A stretch of DNA of 64,000 nt from Promethearchaeota archaeon. GTDB lineage: Archaea > Asgardarchaeota > Thorarchaeia > Thorarchaeales > Thorarchaeaceae. The position numbers were made by a program, and so were the translations under genes. Numbering within the stretch: position 1 is the stretch's first letter; every line of letters begins with the position of its first letter. Under the pieces are notes generated by a model. That model was given only the letters and a program-made list of their open reading frames with translations. It ran no database searches and was not told the origin of the DNA. Shown one piece after another: positions 49,536-59,807 of this stretch. The stretch covers positions 64,001-128,000 of the forward strand of contig WJMJ01000079.1 in assembly GCA_014728035.1 (NCBI GenBank), read 5' to 3'.

Positions 49536-50564
49536 ATGAAGACACTAGCAATAGATTGCATTGACTTGGAAAAGGTCTATGAGTCACGTAAATTACAGGG
49601 ACTGATTCCTCCAAAATGGAAAACAAAAAGAGTGACTGCTCTGAATAGCCTCTCTCTACAGGTCAAACGTGGAGAAATTATGGGCTTACTAGGCCCAAAC
49701 GGAGCGGGTAAAACAACTACCATTCAGATCTTAGCGGGTTTATTGGTACCTGATAACGGAGATGCTTACATCCATGGAATTAATGCAATAGCTGAACCAG
49801 AACGCGTGAAAAGAATTGTTGGTGTTGTAGCAGGTGGAGATACTCGACAATTATACAACAAGCTCAATGCGAGAGAGAACTTACGGTATTGGGGACATCT
49901 ACATGGCATGGATGGTCCTTATCTTGAAGAACGCATTGATTTCCTCCTAGAATTAGTTGGTCTTCAAGATCGACAAGATGACGAGTTTGAGAAATTTAGT
50001 CTTGGAATGTCTCAACGGCTTGTTCTTGCTAGAGGTATGATTCATGACCCTGAGGTACTTCTTCTCGATGAGCCAACTCTTGGGTTGGATCCCAAAGCTA
50101 GCAGAGAGATGAGAAGCTTCATCAAAAAGAAGCTAGTGGAAGAACAGGAGAAAACAATTCTACTCACCACTCATGAAATGCATGTTGCAGAAGAGCTCTC
50201 GGATCGGATTGCTATAATCAATCGTGGGTCAATTGTCGCTCTAGATGAACCTTCAAAATTGCGAGAGATGGTTCCAAATGATTTTCGAATTCAGGTTGAT
50301 ATTAGGAACATAACTCCTCAGATACAACAAGCACTTTCATACAATGGTCTAGTTGTTCAAGATCACAAATACCTTGAGCATGAGAATGTAGACCGATTTG
50401 TAATCAGTACTGATGATGAAGAGCGAGCAATCAAACGCGTAATTGATGCAGTTAGACTCTCTGAAGAAGCTCGATTAGTTGGAATAGACCTTAGAGAGGC
50501 AACTCTTGAGGATGCGTTTGTTTTTCTAACAGATGATAATTTGGAGGTTTCAGTCAATGCATAA
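49536..50564 (+). CDS. ABC-2 type exporter ATP-binding protein
   Basis: GPNGAGKT, FSLGMSQR, LLLDEPT, TTH. Confidence 0.93.
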   Translation: MKTLAIDCIDLEKVYESRKLQGLIPPKWKTKRVTALNSLSLQVKRGEIMGLLGPNGAGKTTTIQILAGLLVPDNGDAYIHGINAIAEPERVKRIVGVVAGGDTRQLYNKLNARENLRYWGHLHGMDGPYLEERIDFLLELVGLQDRQDDEFEKFSLGMSQRLVLARGMIHDPEVLLLDEPTLGLDPKASREMRSFIKKKLVEEQEKTILLTTHEMHVAEELSDRIAIINRGSIVALDEPSKLREMVPNDFRIQVDIRNITPQIQQALSYNGLVVQDHKYLEHENVDRFVISTDDEERAIKRVIDAVRLSEEARLVGIDLREATLEDAFVFLTDDNLEVSVNA

Positions 50565-50612
50565 CTTGACCAAATTAAAACCTCAAAGATTTATTCGTAG
50601 GAGGACGGGTAA

Positions 50613-51440
50613 TTGATTTCACAGAGAAAAACCGGAATCAGTCATTGGATTCTTATCGCAAAGGGTACATTTGTGAAAGAGATTTTGATTCAGAAGCGAT
50701 ATACTGGGTGGCTAATTCAGAGTTTGATTCAACCAATAATTTTCATGGTGCTATTTACTCAGATGGGTGCTGGTTTTGGTATTGGTGTTACCGATTCTGG
50801 ATTTGATTTTACAAGCTTTCTCATACTAGGCTCTGTACTCGTGATGCTTTTATCTCAAATGCTTTGGGGTTCTGGGAATGCTTTGAGAAGTGAGCAGTAT
50901 CGTGGAACTTTGGAATCTACTCTTATGACCCCTACAAAAATGTCTGCTATGCTTACCGGATATTCTTTTGTTGATGTTGTACAGTCTATCTATTTGATTT
51001 TCATGGGATTGTTTCTTGGAGTCTTTGTATTTGGATTTCAGATTCAAATCACAGATCCTGTCGCTTTGATTATTGCACTAGGAACAACAATGTATGGTGT
51101 AATGGGATTTGGTTTTATGTTCGCATCTGTGACTCTTCTCATGAAGCAGTCAGGTCCTCTCATCAATATAATGCAGCCAATTTTGTATATCTTATGCGGA
51201 ATATTCTTTCCATTGACTGCACTACCTCCTGCAGTTCAAGCATTCTCTATGTTAATCCCGCTAACTCAAGGCTTTCTAGCAGTACAAAATGTACTACTTG
51301 TTGGTGCTGGGCTTAATACGATCATACCTTTGATTTTGGGTGCATTAACAGGTGGGACAATTTTAGCACTTTTCGGCATAGTTATGCTCAGAAGAACTAT
51401 TGAACACGCAAGGAGAAGAGGTATTATAGGTGCGTTTTAG
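50613..51440 (+). CDS. ABC-2 type permease
   Basis: 6 TM helices; E..RGTLE...TP, GIFFP...LP motifs. Confidence 0.9.
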   Translation: MISQRKTGISHWILIAKGTFVKEILIQKRYTGWLIQSLIQPIIFMVLFTQMGAGFGIGVTDSGFDFTSFLILGSVLVMLLSQMLWGSGNALRSEQYRGTLESTLMTPTKMSAMLTGYSFVDVVQSIYLIFMGLFLGVFVFGFQIQITDPVALIIALGTTMYGVMGFGFMFASVTLLMKQSGPLINIMQPILYILCGIFFPLTALPPAVQAFSMLIPLTQGFLAVQNVLLVGAGLNTIIPLILGALTGGTILALFGIVMLRRTIEHARRRGIIGAF

Positions 51441-51474
51441 TGTACTATATAGGATACAACCTCAGGTGAACATC

Positions 51475-51837
51475 GTGACATCGAATGATGAGGAATCTTC
51501 AAAGGAGTTTGATAGGATTGAAACCCTAGAAGAGTTGGCTGATGCATTATCTCTTCTAGGAAATGAGACCCGTCTACGAGTGATTGGTGCCTTGAAAAAG
51601 AAGAAGATGTTCATCCAAGAGATAGCACAGGAACTCAATCTCTCCTATCCTCTCCTTCATCTTCATCTGAAAAATCTTGAGAAGAACGGTGTTGTAAAAT
51701 CTGAGTATAGTGTTGGTGAAGATAAATCAACAAGATATGTAAAACGATATTTCGAGCTAGTCGACTTCAAGTTTGAAATCACTCCTGAACTTGTAGAAAG
51801 ACTAGCAACACAATACGAGGCAAAACAAAATGAGTAA
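51475..51837 (+). CDS. ArsR-family wHTH regulator
   Basis: LGNETRLRVI, QEIAQELNLSYPLLHLHLKNLEKNGVV; AGGTG RBS. Confidence 0.85.
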   Translation: MTSNDEESSKEFDRIETLEELADALSLLGNETRLRVIGALKKKKMFIQEIAQELNLSYPLLHLHLKNLEKNGVVKSEYSVGEDKSTRYVKRYFELVDFKFEITPELVERLATQYEAKQNE

Positions 51838-52150
51838 TGGATTCAATAAGTGGATAGCTGCCCTTGCAATAATTTTCATGGGCTTTGCATTTCCCGCTGT
51901 CTTAGTGTATCTCTCAGCCTTTTACGCTTTCAATATCTGGTTCACTGCTATTTTTTCATTTCTATCATTAGGTGGAGCTGTCGGAATCATTTCAATTGTG
52001 ATGGTTGGAACTAATTATATGGGCGGCAGTGATTCTTCTACAGAAAAGCAAAAGATGCTTAGAGCGCAAATGATTGAAACATTGAAAGAAATGGATGAAG
52101 TAATCTTCTATCTCAGCGATATTCGTGACTTCTTGAAAACGGAGGAGTAA
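51830..52150 (+). CDS. 2-TM membrane protein with C-terminal coiled coil
   Basis: two TM helices followed by an amphipathic helix. Confidence 0.7.
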   Translation: MSNGFNKWIAALAIIFMGFAFPAVLVYLSAFYAFNIWFTAIFSFLSLGGAVGIISIVMVGTNYMGGSDSSTEKQKMLRAQMIETLKEMDEVIFYLSDIRDFLKTEE

Positions 52151-52152
52151 CC

Positions 52153-52287
52153 TTGGCAGTAAATACTGATTATGAAGAATTGAGTGATAAAGAGCTGATT
52201 AAAGAATCTATCCAGAAGATGGGTGAATTGAAAAGTATCTTGAGAGAGATTCGCCGCTCATTGGGTCGAATAGAAGGATCTGAATAG
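52153..52287 (+). CDS. small coiled-coil protein (44 aa), missing from the ORF track
   Basis: GGAGGAG RBS + TTG; MAVNTDYEELSDKELIKESIQKMGELKSILREIRRSLGRIEGSE. Confidence 0.55.
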   Translation: MAVNTDYEELSDKELIKESIQKMGELKSILREIRRSLGRIEGSE

Positions 52288-52352
52288 TCGGAGTTGGTTG
52301 TATAACCGTTGCAATTGAGATTAGCCCAGCTAGCTCGTTTAGTGAGTTTGAA

Positions 52353-53285
52353 ATGATATGGCACAAGTCAATGCAGCATCTTTCTTGGTACTTGGATCCG
52401 AATCCAATGGACTACGATATGAAAGAAGAAATAACAGAATTAGCAGAGAGTTTTTCATCAAATAAACATTATTTTCTGATTGCCAAATCTAAAGGTGAGT
52501 CGGTTGGATGTATCACTTTTGAAACTCGTGATAAATTAGCCCGATTGGGAATAACCATGCCAGGTGTACCATTAAACAAGCGAGGAACAATGATTGGGAA
52601 TAAGTTACTCAATGAATGCATTTCTATTCTAAAATCAAAATCAATTTCCGTTCTCAATTGTACATACAAATATAGAACCAAGGAAGAAATTCAATGGCAT
52701 CTTGACCTGGTTAAATCTCTGGGTTTTGTTTCTCAACCTGAGGGGACTCAATTAATGCGATCTGTTGCTGAAAGCAACAACACAGCTGATGATTCAAGCA
52801 ACCAATTCAAGATTCTACATCGCGAAGATGTATCTCCTCAGTCACTTGCTGAATTAACTTATCAGTCTTTTTTGGGGACAGTCCAAGATCGAGCAATCCA
52901 CGAAAATACTATGCCCATGACATTAGATGGGATTCTGCAATCACATAATAGAATTGCATCAAATTCAATTTTCTTCTCTCCTGCAAATTTATGGTATATT
53001 GCTCAAGTAGATGATGATTTAGCAGGAGTGTTGATTGGTGGAGATATTGGGAAAAGAAATGATTACCGGATAGGAATAATTGGCGAGCTCTGCGTTAGTC
53101 CTTCTTTTCGTAGGAGAGGAATTGCAAGCAAACTAATCTCTAAGTTTCTTTCAGATTCACAGAAGATGAATTTTGACTATGTTTTCGTTGGAACTCCTAG
53201 TAGAAATATCCCTGGAATTAGATTATATGAAAAACATGGTTTCACTCCAACTAATTATACAATTAATCTTTCATTAGCTCTCTAG
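52353..53285 (+). CDS. tandem GNAT N-acetyltransferase
   Basis: two GNAT domains: KRGTMIGNKLL and V.PSFRRRGIASKL...N..GIRLYEKHGF. Confidence 0.88.
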   Translation: MIWHKSMQHLSWYLDPNPMDYDMKEEITELAESFSSNKHYFLIAKSKGESVGCITFETRDKLARLGITMPGVPLNKRGTMIGNKLLNECISILKSKSISVLNCTYKYRTKEEIQWHLDLVKSLGFVSQPEGTQLMRSVAESNNTADDSSNQFKILHREDVSPQSLAELTYQSFLGTVQDRAIHENTMPMTLDGILQSHNRIASNSIFFSPANLWYIAQVDDDLAGVLIGGDIGKRNDYRIGIIGELCVSPSFRRRGIASKLISKFLSDSQKMNFDYVFVGTPSRNIPGIRLYEKHGFTPTNYTINLSLAL

Positions 53286-53316
53286 AATGATTCTTTCCAT
53301 TGTTGAGTCGATCTAT

Positions 53317-54396
53317 TCATAGGAGTGTATCTGATTCTTCAATTCGAGGCCCTTCTACAATATCATCAATCCTAGGATGAATGACCCTTTTCCAGAGAGG
53401 CGGAATCAATGCAAGCCATATCATTCCTGCATACCCAGTTGGTAGCTGGGGACTTTTCTCATAGTGACGTAGAGTTTGATATCTTCGTCCAGGCTTATAG
53501 TGATGGTCCGCATGTCTTTGTAGGTTGAACAGAAACCAGTTAGTGAAACGATGACTAGAATTCCAAGAGTGTATGATTTTTACTCGTTCATATCCGTTAT
53601 CAGTTTCTTTTCTTTCTAGACCATAATGCTCAATGTAGTTGATGACCTCAAGCAAGGTGATTGCAACAAATGCTTGTAAAAGAAATAATAGTAACGAAGT
53701 CAATCCAAATATGAAGAAGATACCTACTAGCAACCCGAGCGTATAGAGAAGATGTCTAAGAGTTCTGTTGTGTGGGCTGTATGCTGATTTTTCCTCTCTA
53801 CCTAATCTATTTGCTTCGAATTGAAATGCTGACCTTATTGTCCCAAATACCGTCTGTGGCCAAAATCTATAGAACGATTGGTTTCTTTTTGCGGTAGCTG
53901 GATCTTCTGGTGTTGCAACATGTCTGTGATGGCCTACAACATGTTCGAGACCCCAGTGCAGATACCCTGTTGGCCAGAGAATCAGTCTTGACAAAGCCAT
54001 CTCATATTTGCTCTGTATTCTATGTCCTAATTCGTGGCCTACATTGATTCCCATTACACCGCTATTAATACCAATAGAAATCCCGAGTCCAATGAAAGCA
54101 TGTATTGAAAGATTTACCACTGAAACTATGTATATCCCCCAAAAAACAATACCCAGCACAGTAGGAACACACAACCAAGTGATAATCCTGAATGATTTAC
54201 TGTTCTTCAGCTCTTCTTCTTGATTATCTGGTGGATTTGTTTTGTCTACTCCAATAATCTCGTCAAGGATTGGAACAATGACGAAGACAAAGATGGGAGT
54301 TAAATAATTCCACCACTCTCCTAGAACATACCCTATAATGATAAGAGCTGGCAATATGAACACAAGCGAATATGGGATGGACCGCATAGTGGACAT
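53317..54396 (-). CDS. alkB: AlkB-type alkane 1-monooxygenase (membrane di-iron hydroxylase)
   Basis: HELGH, EHVVGHH..VATPEDPATA, NYIEHYGL, HSWNS, LQRHADHH, PQLPTGY. Confidence 0.9.
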   Translation of the reverse strand: MSTMRSIPYSLVFILPALIIIGYVLGEWWNYLTPIFVFVIVPILDEIIGVDKTNPPDNQEEELKNSKSFRIITWLCVPTVLGIVFWGIYIVSVVNLSIHAFIGLGISIGINSGVMGINVGHELGHRIQSKYEMALSRLILWPTGYLHWGLEHVVGHHRHVATPEDPATAKRNQSFYRFWPQTVFGTIRSAFQFEANRLGREEKSAYSPHNRTLRHLLYTLGLLVGIFFIFGLTSLLLFLLQAFVAITLLEVINYIEHYGLERKETDNGYERVKIIHSWNSSHRFTNWFLFNLQRHADHHYKPGRRYQTLRHYEKSPQLPTGYAGMIWLALIPPLWKRVIHPRIDDIVEGPRIEESDTLL

Positions 54397-54474
54397 TTAG
54401 TATAAATACAGTATAAGTTTGTCCTTTAGGAAAAACCGATACTTGTAAATTCAAAGTTGTATGTAGTAAAGATA

Positions 54475-55239
54475 ATGACATCCAGTATCGAAGCTATTCA
54501 GGAACAGATTCTATCTCTGCTTGCAATTGATGAAGATGAAGAAGCAGAAGAATTACTCCATCCAGCTCTTTCAGAAAATCCTGAAAATCCAAAACTACTA
54601 ACTCTAGAGGCAATCCTAATCCTACGAAAAGGAAAAGAAAATCTCGCAGAATCCAAACTTCAAAAGATTATAAAACAAGATTCAAGTAATGAATTAGCTG
54701 TTTACACTTTAGGACGTATTCTAAATAGTCAGTTACGAGTTGAAGAAGTTGAATCTCTCTACAAGAATACACTAGAGAAGCATCCTGATAGTCATCAGGT
54801 GTTAGATGACTTGTGTAGATTCCTTTATGAAGAAGATAGAGCTGAAGAAGCCTTCAAACTTGCAACAAAGCATTACAAAAAGTTTCCCAGAGTCTATGAA
54901 GCATATGATGCGATTCGTTTTCTAAATCATAGCGTTGAAGATTCTCTAATATCTGATGTTGAGGATACAGATGGGGATGTGGGCTATCTCAAGATGCTGA
55001 TTTCCAACCAGTTGGACCAATTTGACCTTCTTATCAGAATGGAGGAACAAGTTGGTAGAGAAAAACTCGAATCTCTGGAGGTAGCTTGGGAAGTTGATGA
55101 AGACCTCATACGATTAGCTGGTGAACTTGAGCATTATAGACAAGTCGCTAAAGAGGTTGGACTAACACTTCCAGCAAACCTTGATAAGAGAATTGATGAA
55201 GTAATTGAGAATGGGCGATCTCGAAGTGATCTTATCTGA
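54475..55239 (+). CDS. TPR-repeat protein
   Basis: helical repeats with AE..L..AL..NPEN and Y...LEKHPDS patterns. Confidence 0.7.
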   Translation: MTSSIEAIQEQILSLLAIDEDEEAEELLHPALSENPENPKLLTLEAILILRKGKENLAESKLQKIIKQDSSNELAVYTLGRILNSQLRVEEVESLYKNTLEKHPDSHQVLDDLCRFLYEEDRAEEAFKLATKHYKKFPRVYEAYDAIRFLNHSVEDSLISDVEDTDGDVGYLKMLISNQLDQFDLLIRMEEQVGREKLESLEVAWEVDEDLIRLAGELEHYRQVAKEVGLTLPANLDKRIDEVIENGRSRSDLI

Positions 55240-55240
55240 A

Positions 55241-55525
55241 TCACTGCCATTGATACCCTTTGTCTTCTTCTGGTAGTTCTTCTTTTCTACTGAAATATAT
55301 TACATGTTGGTCTCCTTCTTTCCATAACCAGATGTGGTAATCACTGCTCTCTAAAGTTGTTAACATATTCCCGCGGTCGCTTTTTTCCATTCCCATCACT
55401 TTTAGAAGACTGAATGTGTTTACCAATCGGTCAATATTCTTCTCTATAGCAGCGAAGATTCTTTTCTTTGAGCCTTCTTCCATTTGAAGAATATCCGAAT
55501 CTCGAAGAACGGTTTTAATTCTCAT
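55241..55525 (-). CDS. hypothetical protein
   Basis: 94-aa ORF convergent with the TPR gene. Confidence 0.65.
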   Translation of the reverse strand: MRIKTVLRDSDILQMEEGSKKRIFAAIEKNIDRLVNTFSLLKVMGMEKSDRGNMLTTLESSDYHIWLWKEGDQHVIYFSRKEELPEEDKGYQWQ

Positions 55526-55578
55526 TTCCTATCAATCATGAATTGTTTTAGCGAGTTCATAAGCATATTGCTATCTGT

Positions 55579-56478
55579 TTATGAAATTAATATCGCAAAA
55601 ATAGTTGGGTTGATGCTTTTCAAAGAGAGAATCCAACCATGAGCCTGGATTATTCTAGATGCTATTGATAGACCAAATCCAGTATTTTTCTCACTGGTTG
55701 TAAATCCTCGCTCAAATACTCTATCTCTGATAGATTCATCAATTGGTACTCCATCGTTCTGTATGAGAATTTCTATTCTCCCTTCATCATTGATTGCTTT
55801 TTCTATGACTATTTCAGAAGCATCTCCGTGGATAATTGCATTAAGAATGATATTCTGTATTGCCTGGGTCAGTTTTGTAGCATCACAATGGACTTTTGGC
55901 AAGTCTTTGGAAATCACCCGAATCTCATCTGGTACAACGATTGATGCTTCATCAATTATGTCTTCAAATTCTATTTCATCGGTTACTTCTATTAATTTCC
56001 CAGCATCCGCAAGCGTTACAGATCGTGATAACAATGTTTCAATATTATGAACATGCTCTTCAATATCATCTACAATTTGCTCTCTGTAATCTAATCTTAG
56101 AACATCACAACAAGTCAAGATAACATGAAGATGTCCCCGTACATCGTGAGAGAGAGTATGAGCTAATGTGCTCAATTCATCAGAACGTTTTAGAATCATT
56201 GCTTGCATTTCTTCCTTTCTTGTGAAAATCATTCTGAGTCCAAGAGCAAGTACTGTTAGTGTGATTACTGCAAAAATTCGTATAAGATTTGATTCAAGAT
56301 TATTTCCAAATAATGCTAGAGACAATTCATTTTCTTTTTGAAATACAAAGAAATCCAGAAACGTGTCAGTTATCCATATCGAAAGACCAAATATCATTAT
56401 CAGTATGAAGATTCCATTTGGTGAAATCTTGATTCCCTTGAGAGAATTTCGAAATGACACCACATTTCTCTCCTCCAT
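55579..56478 (-). CDS. orphan membrane sensor histidine kinase
   Basis: 2 TM; H-box LSHDVRGHL, N-box NIILNAIIHG, NDG..I, RGFTT, GFGL. Confidence 0.9.
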   Translation of the reverse strand: MEERNVVSFRNSLKGIKISPNGIFILIMIFGLSIWITDTFLDFFVFQKENELSLALFGNNLESNLIRIFAVITLTVLALGLRMIFTRKEEMQAMILKRSDELSTLAHTLSHDVRGHLHVILTCCDVLRLDYREQIVDDIEEHVHNIETLLSRSVTLADAGKLIEVTDEIEFEDIIDEASIVVPDEIRVISKDLPKVHCDATKLTQAIQNIILNAIIHGDASEIVIEKAINDEGRIEILIQNDGVPIDESIRDRVFERGFTTSEKNTGFGLSIASRIIQAHGWILSLKSINPTIFAILIS

Positions 56479-56633
56479 ACTAAACGCTGCCCCGTCACGA
56501 AATTTACTATCTTTAATATATTTCTATTGAACTATATAAAGGACCATCAATTTATTCAAAAAAATGAGTATGAATAAATTCCTGTTGCATTTGTTTCATA
56601 GTATTAAAATGAGATTATTATTCTTCTTCAACC

Positions 56634-57752
56634 ATGGATGATTACGATAAGTTTCTTAGAGCCATTTCGTTTGTAAAAGGAATGGAACTTTCATCATGTC
56701 TATTTCAGCAAGCTGTCCGACCTATTCTGGATAATGTTTTCCCTAACCTTTCTTATTCTGCTGCTAGATTGGGATATGGGTCAGATGTTTTGGGATTCGA
56801 TACAACTCAATCGCGCGACCACCATTGGGGACCTCGGTTAACCATTTTCATATCAGAAGACTCTCTTGACCAAAAGGAAGCTATTGAAGAAACATTAAGC
56901 AATAAATTACCTCAAAAGATTCTGGGCTATCCTACAGCTTTCCGAGACCTAGATGATTCAGGTGGTTTCATGGATCCATCTCAGAGAGGTGATTTGGTGC
57001 ATCAAGTCATTATTACAACAGTTAACAAATTCTTTTCAGATTATATTGGGCTTGATCCATCGGAGCCAGTATCGGTTCTTGATTGGCTAGTAATTCCCCA
57101 ACAACGTCTAGCGACAATATCTCGTGGAAAATGTTTCTTTGATGGATTAGGTGTTATTGAAGAGATTCGTAAGAAACTTGCATGGTATCCTCATGATGTA
57201 TGGTTGTATCTATTAGCAGGACAATGGACACGAATAGCTCAAGAAGAACCATTTCTGGGACGTACAGGTGACGTAGGGGATGAATTAGGGTCTCGAATAA
57301 TTGCAACTAGATTGGTACATGACATCATGCAGTTATGTTACTTGATGGAAAGAAAATACATTCCATATTCGAAATGGTTTGGCACAGCTTTCAAGGAATT
57401 AAGCTCCTCCGTGTTTTTGACTCCTATTTTTCATGAGATATTCAATAGTAAGAAATGGAAGGAGCGGCAAAAGCATTTTGTTAAGATTCTGGAGTATGCA
57501 GCAGATTTGCATAACCAATTGGGGATAACAAAACATCTTGATCCCAAGACTCGCTTATTTCATACTCGCCCCTATGAAGTGATTGGTGGTGAGAGATTTG
57601 CGGAAAGTCTCTATGAAGTCATTTCTGATGAAACGGTTAGACAGTTACCTCGTGGACTTGGATCTGTTGACCAAATGGTGAAATCGATTGACGTACTTGA
57701 GAATATATCCCGATGTAGGACTCTGAAGAAGCTGTTATTGGATGTGAAATAA
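56634..57752 (+). CDS. DUF4037-type nucleotidyltransferase-like protein
   Basis: G.GSDVLGFD...SRDHHWGPR, WYP.DVW, GRTGDVGDELGS, PYSKWFG. Confidence 0.75.
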   Translation: MDDYDKFLRAISFVKGMELSSCLFQQAVRPILDNVFPNLSYSAARLGYGSDVLGFDTTQSRDHHWGPRLTIFISEDSLDQKEAIEETLSNKLPQKILGYPTAFRDLDDSGGFMDPSQRGDLVHQVIITTVNKFFSDYIGLDPSEPVSVLDWLVIPQQRLATISRGKCFFDGLGVIEEIRKKLAWYPHDVWLYLLAGQWTRIAQEEPFLGRTGDVGDELGSRIIATRLVHDIMQLCYLMERKYIPYSKWFGTAFKELSSSVFLTPIFHEIFNSKKWKERQKHFVKILEYAADLHNQLGITKHLDPKTRLFHTRPYEVIGGERFAESLYEVISDETVRQLPRGLGSVDQMVKSIDVLENISRCRTLKKLLLDVK

Positions 57753-58084
57753 CTCCAAACTAAGGTGAGAGAAACAGAATGCGGATAGGTTCTAATCTCT
57801 CAGCATGAAAAAGCACTGTTAAACGAGAGTCCAAATAATTTCCTTTTTCACCTTTGAAATTCTCTTAGAAATTATGCCTTCTTTATCCAAGCTCTTCAAG
57901 GCTTTAGGAATACGGATTTAATATGTTTCTTACATAAAGCGGTCTTGAGAGTTATTTTCCCATGTCCTTCACCGAATTTTGCTTTATATTATTCGTAATC
58001 AGAATAACGAATCCCTAGAAGATTTCTAGCAATATTTTTTGTTTCATTAGTATACTTCTCGAAATCGCAACGCTTGCAACCCCA

Positions 58085-58099
58085 CCGAAAAATTAAATA
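58085..58099 (+). promoter_or_regulatory. BRE-TATA promoter of the methyltransferase
   Basis: CCGAAAAA-TTAAATA about 35 bp before the start codon. Confidence 0.5.
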
Positions 58100-58133
58100 T
58101 AGTTAATTCATTATAATAATGGAGGTATTTACA

Positions 58134-58775
58134 ATGACTACAGAAAATATCCCATCAGGTGGAGAAACTGAAGATGGTCAGTTATTCAAAATGGTTGGAC
58201 ATAGTTATGATAAGATGGGAGAAAGATATCATCGATTTAGAAATAATGAGAAGTTTATTGGTGAACTAGAACAATTTGTGGGATTACTTCCTCCCTCGGG
58301 AGATGTACTTGATGCTGGATGTGGTGTTGGGAAACCGACTTCTGAGTATCTAGCTAAGCAAGGTTTCAAAGTAACAGGTGTGGATATTTCCGGAAGGATG
58401 ATTGAATTAGCAAAACAAAATGTACCCGATGTCAAATTTCATCAGAAAAATATCCTTGAGTTGGACTTTCCCAATAATGCCTTCGATGGAATCATATGCG
58501 TATACACACTCTGGCATATACCTCGAGAACATCATGCAAATATCATAGAGAACTTTCATAGGATGTTGAAAGATGATGGGATTCTAGTACTAAATACAGG
58601 AGTCTACGAGTCTGATGGTATGAGCAGGTTCTTTGGTGAACCAATGCTTTGGAGCACTAACGATCCAAAGAAAACGCTTGGTGTGGTGAAGAGTCTTGGA
58701 TTTGAAATACTGCAGGAGGGAATTCTGAATCTAGGTGGAGAACGTCAATATTGGATTTTTGCCAAGAAAAAGTGA
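58134..58775 (+). CDS. class I SAM-dependent methyltransferase
   Basis: VLDAGCGVG, TGVDIS..M, FDGI, LKDDG. Confidence 0.92.
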   Translation: MTTENIPSGGETEDGQLFKMVGHSYDKMGERYHRFRNNEKFIGELEQFVGLLPPSGDVLDAGCGVGKPTSEYLAKQGFKVTGVDISGRMIELAKQNVPDVKFHQKNILELDFPNNAFDGIICVYTLWHIPREHHANIIENFHRMLKDDGILVLNTGVYESDGMSRFFGEPMLWSTNDPKKTLGVVKSLGFEILQEGILNLGGERQYWIFAKKK

Positions 58776-58788
58776 AGCCATTCTAGAA

Positions 58789-59102
58789 TCACTCTTGAGC
58801 TGATTCAGCCATTTTACATTTGGAAAGTAGAATTACCTGTGCATCTTTCAGATATTCAATAATCTCAATACTTTGTGAACCTTTTTCAATGGAGTTTCTA
58901 CATTCAACACATTCGGTCGTATCCTTTCCTTGTTCCCATTCTAGCAATTGCGAGAGCCCTCTCTCCAGCATAATTGGTTATATCATAGCAGTGCTCTTAT
59001 CTTCGTATAGTTGCTTGTTGATTCCATAATAGAGGTAGATGTCTATATATTCCCTGTAAAGTCTTTCAAGCTGTTGACCTAGATATCTCCCAAAATCTTC
59101 TA
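58789..59102 (-). pseudogene. decayed aldo/keto reductase + 4Fe-4S dicluster oxidoreductase remnant
   Basis: one reading frame gives EDFGRYLGQQLERLYREYIDIYLYYGIN (AKR core-like), an in-frame TAA, then ECVECRNSIEKGSQSIEIIEYLK (eroded CxxCxxCxxxCP). Confidence 0.55.
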
Positions 59103-59103
59103 T

Positions 59104-59688
59104 TCAATCGCTATCGGTGTAAGCCATCACATAGAGTGTGTTGGTGTGGAGGTTAAGCACGAATATCAGATCATCCCATGCAGTCAAGTAAAACCACTGT
59201 GATATGGATTTCAATTCGAGCGTTTCGTCAGGGATACCAAACCCGCCACTCATATCCATTCCGCGAACATCTTCGATGATAGTATCAAAGATATAGTAGT
59301 CTTCTGAATCTCTCTTGAATTCTGTATCATACTTTGACACAATTTCTAACGCTTCAGTTTCTTGATATGGGGCCCCATCATCCTCACCATATGCTCCTCC
59401 AGTCCTTAATATGTGAAATATACCTTTCAAGAAATCGGTTGATTCCCGATACGGGAATATACTGAAGTCCCATTCCAGAGTTGTCTTCAATTTCCATGCT
59501 TCGTTTTCGCTCTCTGCAAATTGCTTGAAGAATTCTCTATACTTTTTTCTATCGTGGAAATCATACTCTTTCAATGAAACATCTGAATCAATATGATACT
59601 GTGCGAATTCTGTTGAAACAAAACCTAGAACTCTCTCTAATTCTAAGAAGAATCCGTCTTTTTCGACCTCTATGAACTTGAATGACAT
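59104..59688 (-). CDS. hypothetical acidic protein
   Basis: 194-aa ORF with GGAY and C-terminal AWD..YTDSD. Confidence 0.65.
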   Translation of the reverse strand: MSFKFIEVEKDGFFLELERVLGFVSTEFAQYHIDSDVSLKEYDFHDRKKYREFFKQFAESENEAWKLKTTLEWDFSIFPYRESTDFLKGIFHILRTGGAYGEDDGAPYQETEALEIVSKYDTEFKRDSEDYYIFDTIIEDVRGMDMSGGFGIPDETLELKSISQWFYLTAWDDLIFVLNLHTNTLYVMAYTDSD

Positions 59689-59807
59689 ACTGATTTCTAT
59701 ATGAATTATCTAATAAATTCTCCAAATATTCCTGGTGTATTACTTAACCTTAGAATCTCAGCTAGATTTTTATCCATTCGTTCAAACGCTTTATGACAGG
59801 TGTTTTT

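Noticed and set aside
57818-58047. possible decayed wHTH gene on the minus strand (RIPKALKSLDKEGIISKR)
   Set aside because: Multiple stops in all frames and too little signal to assign
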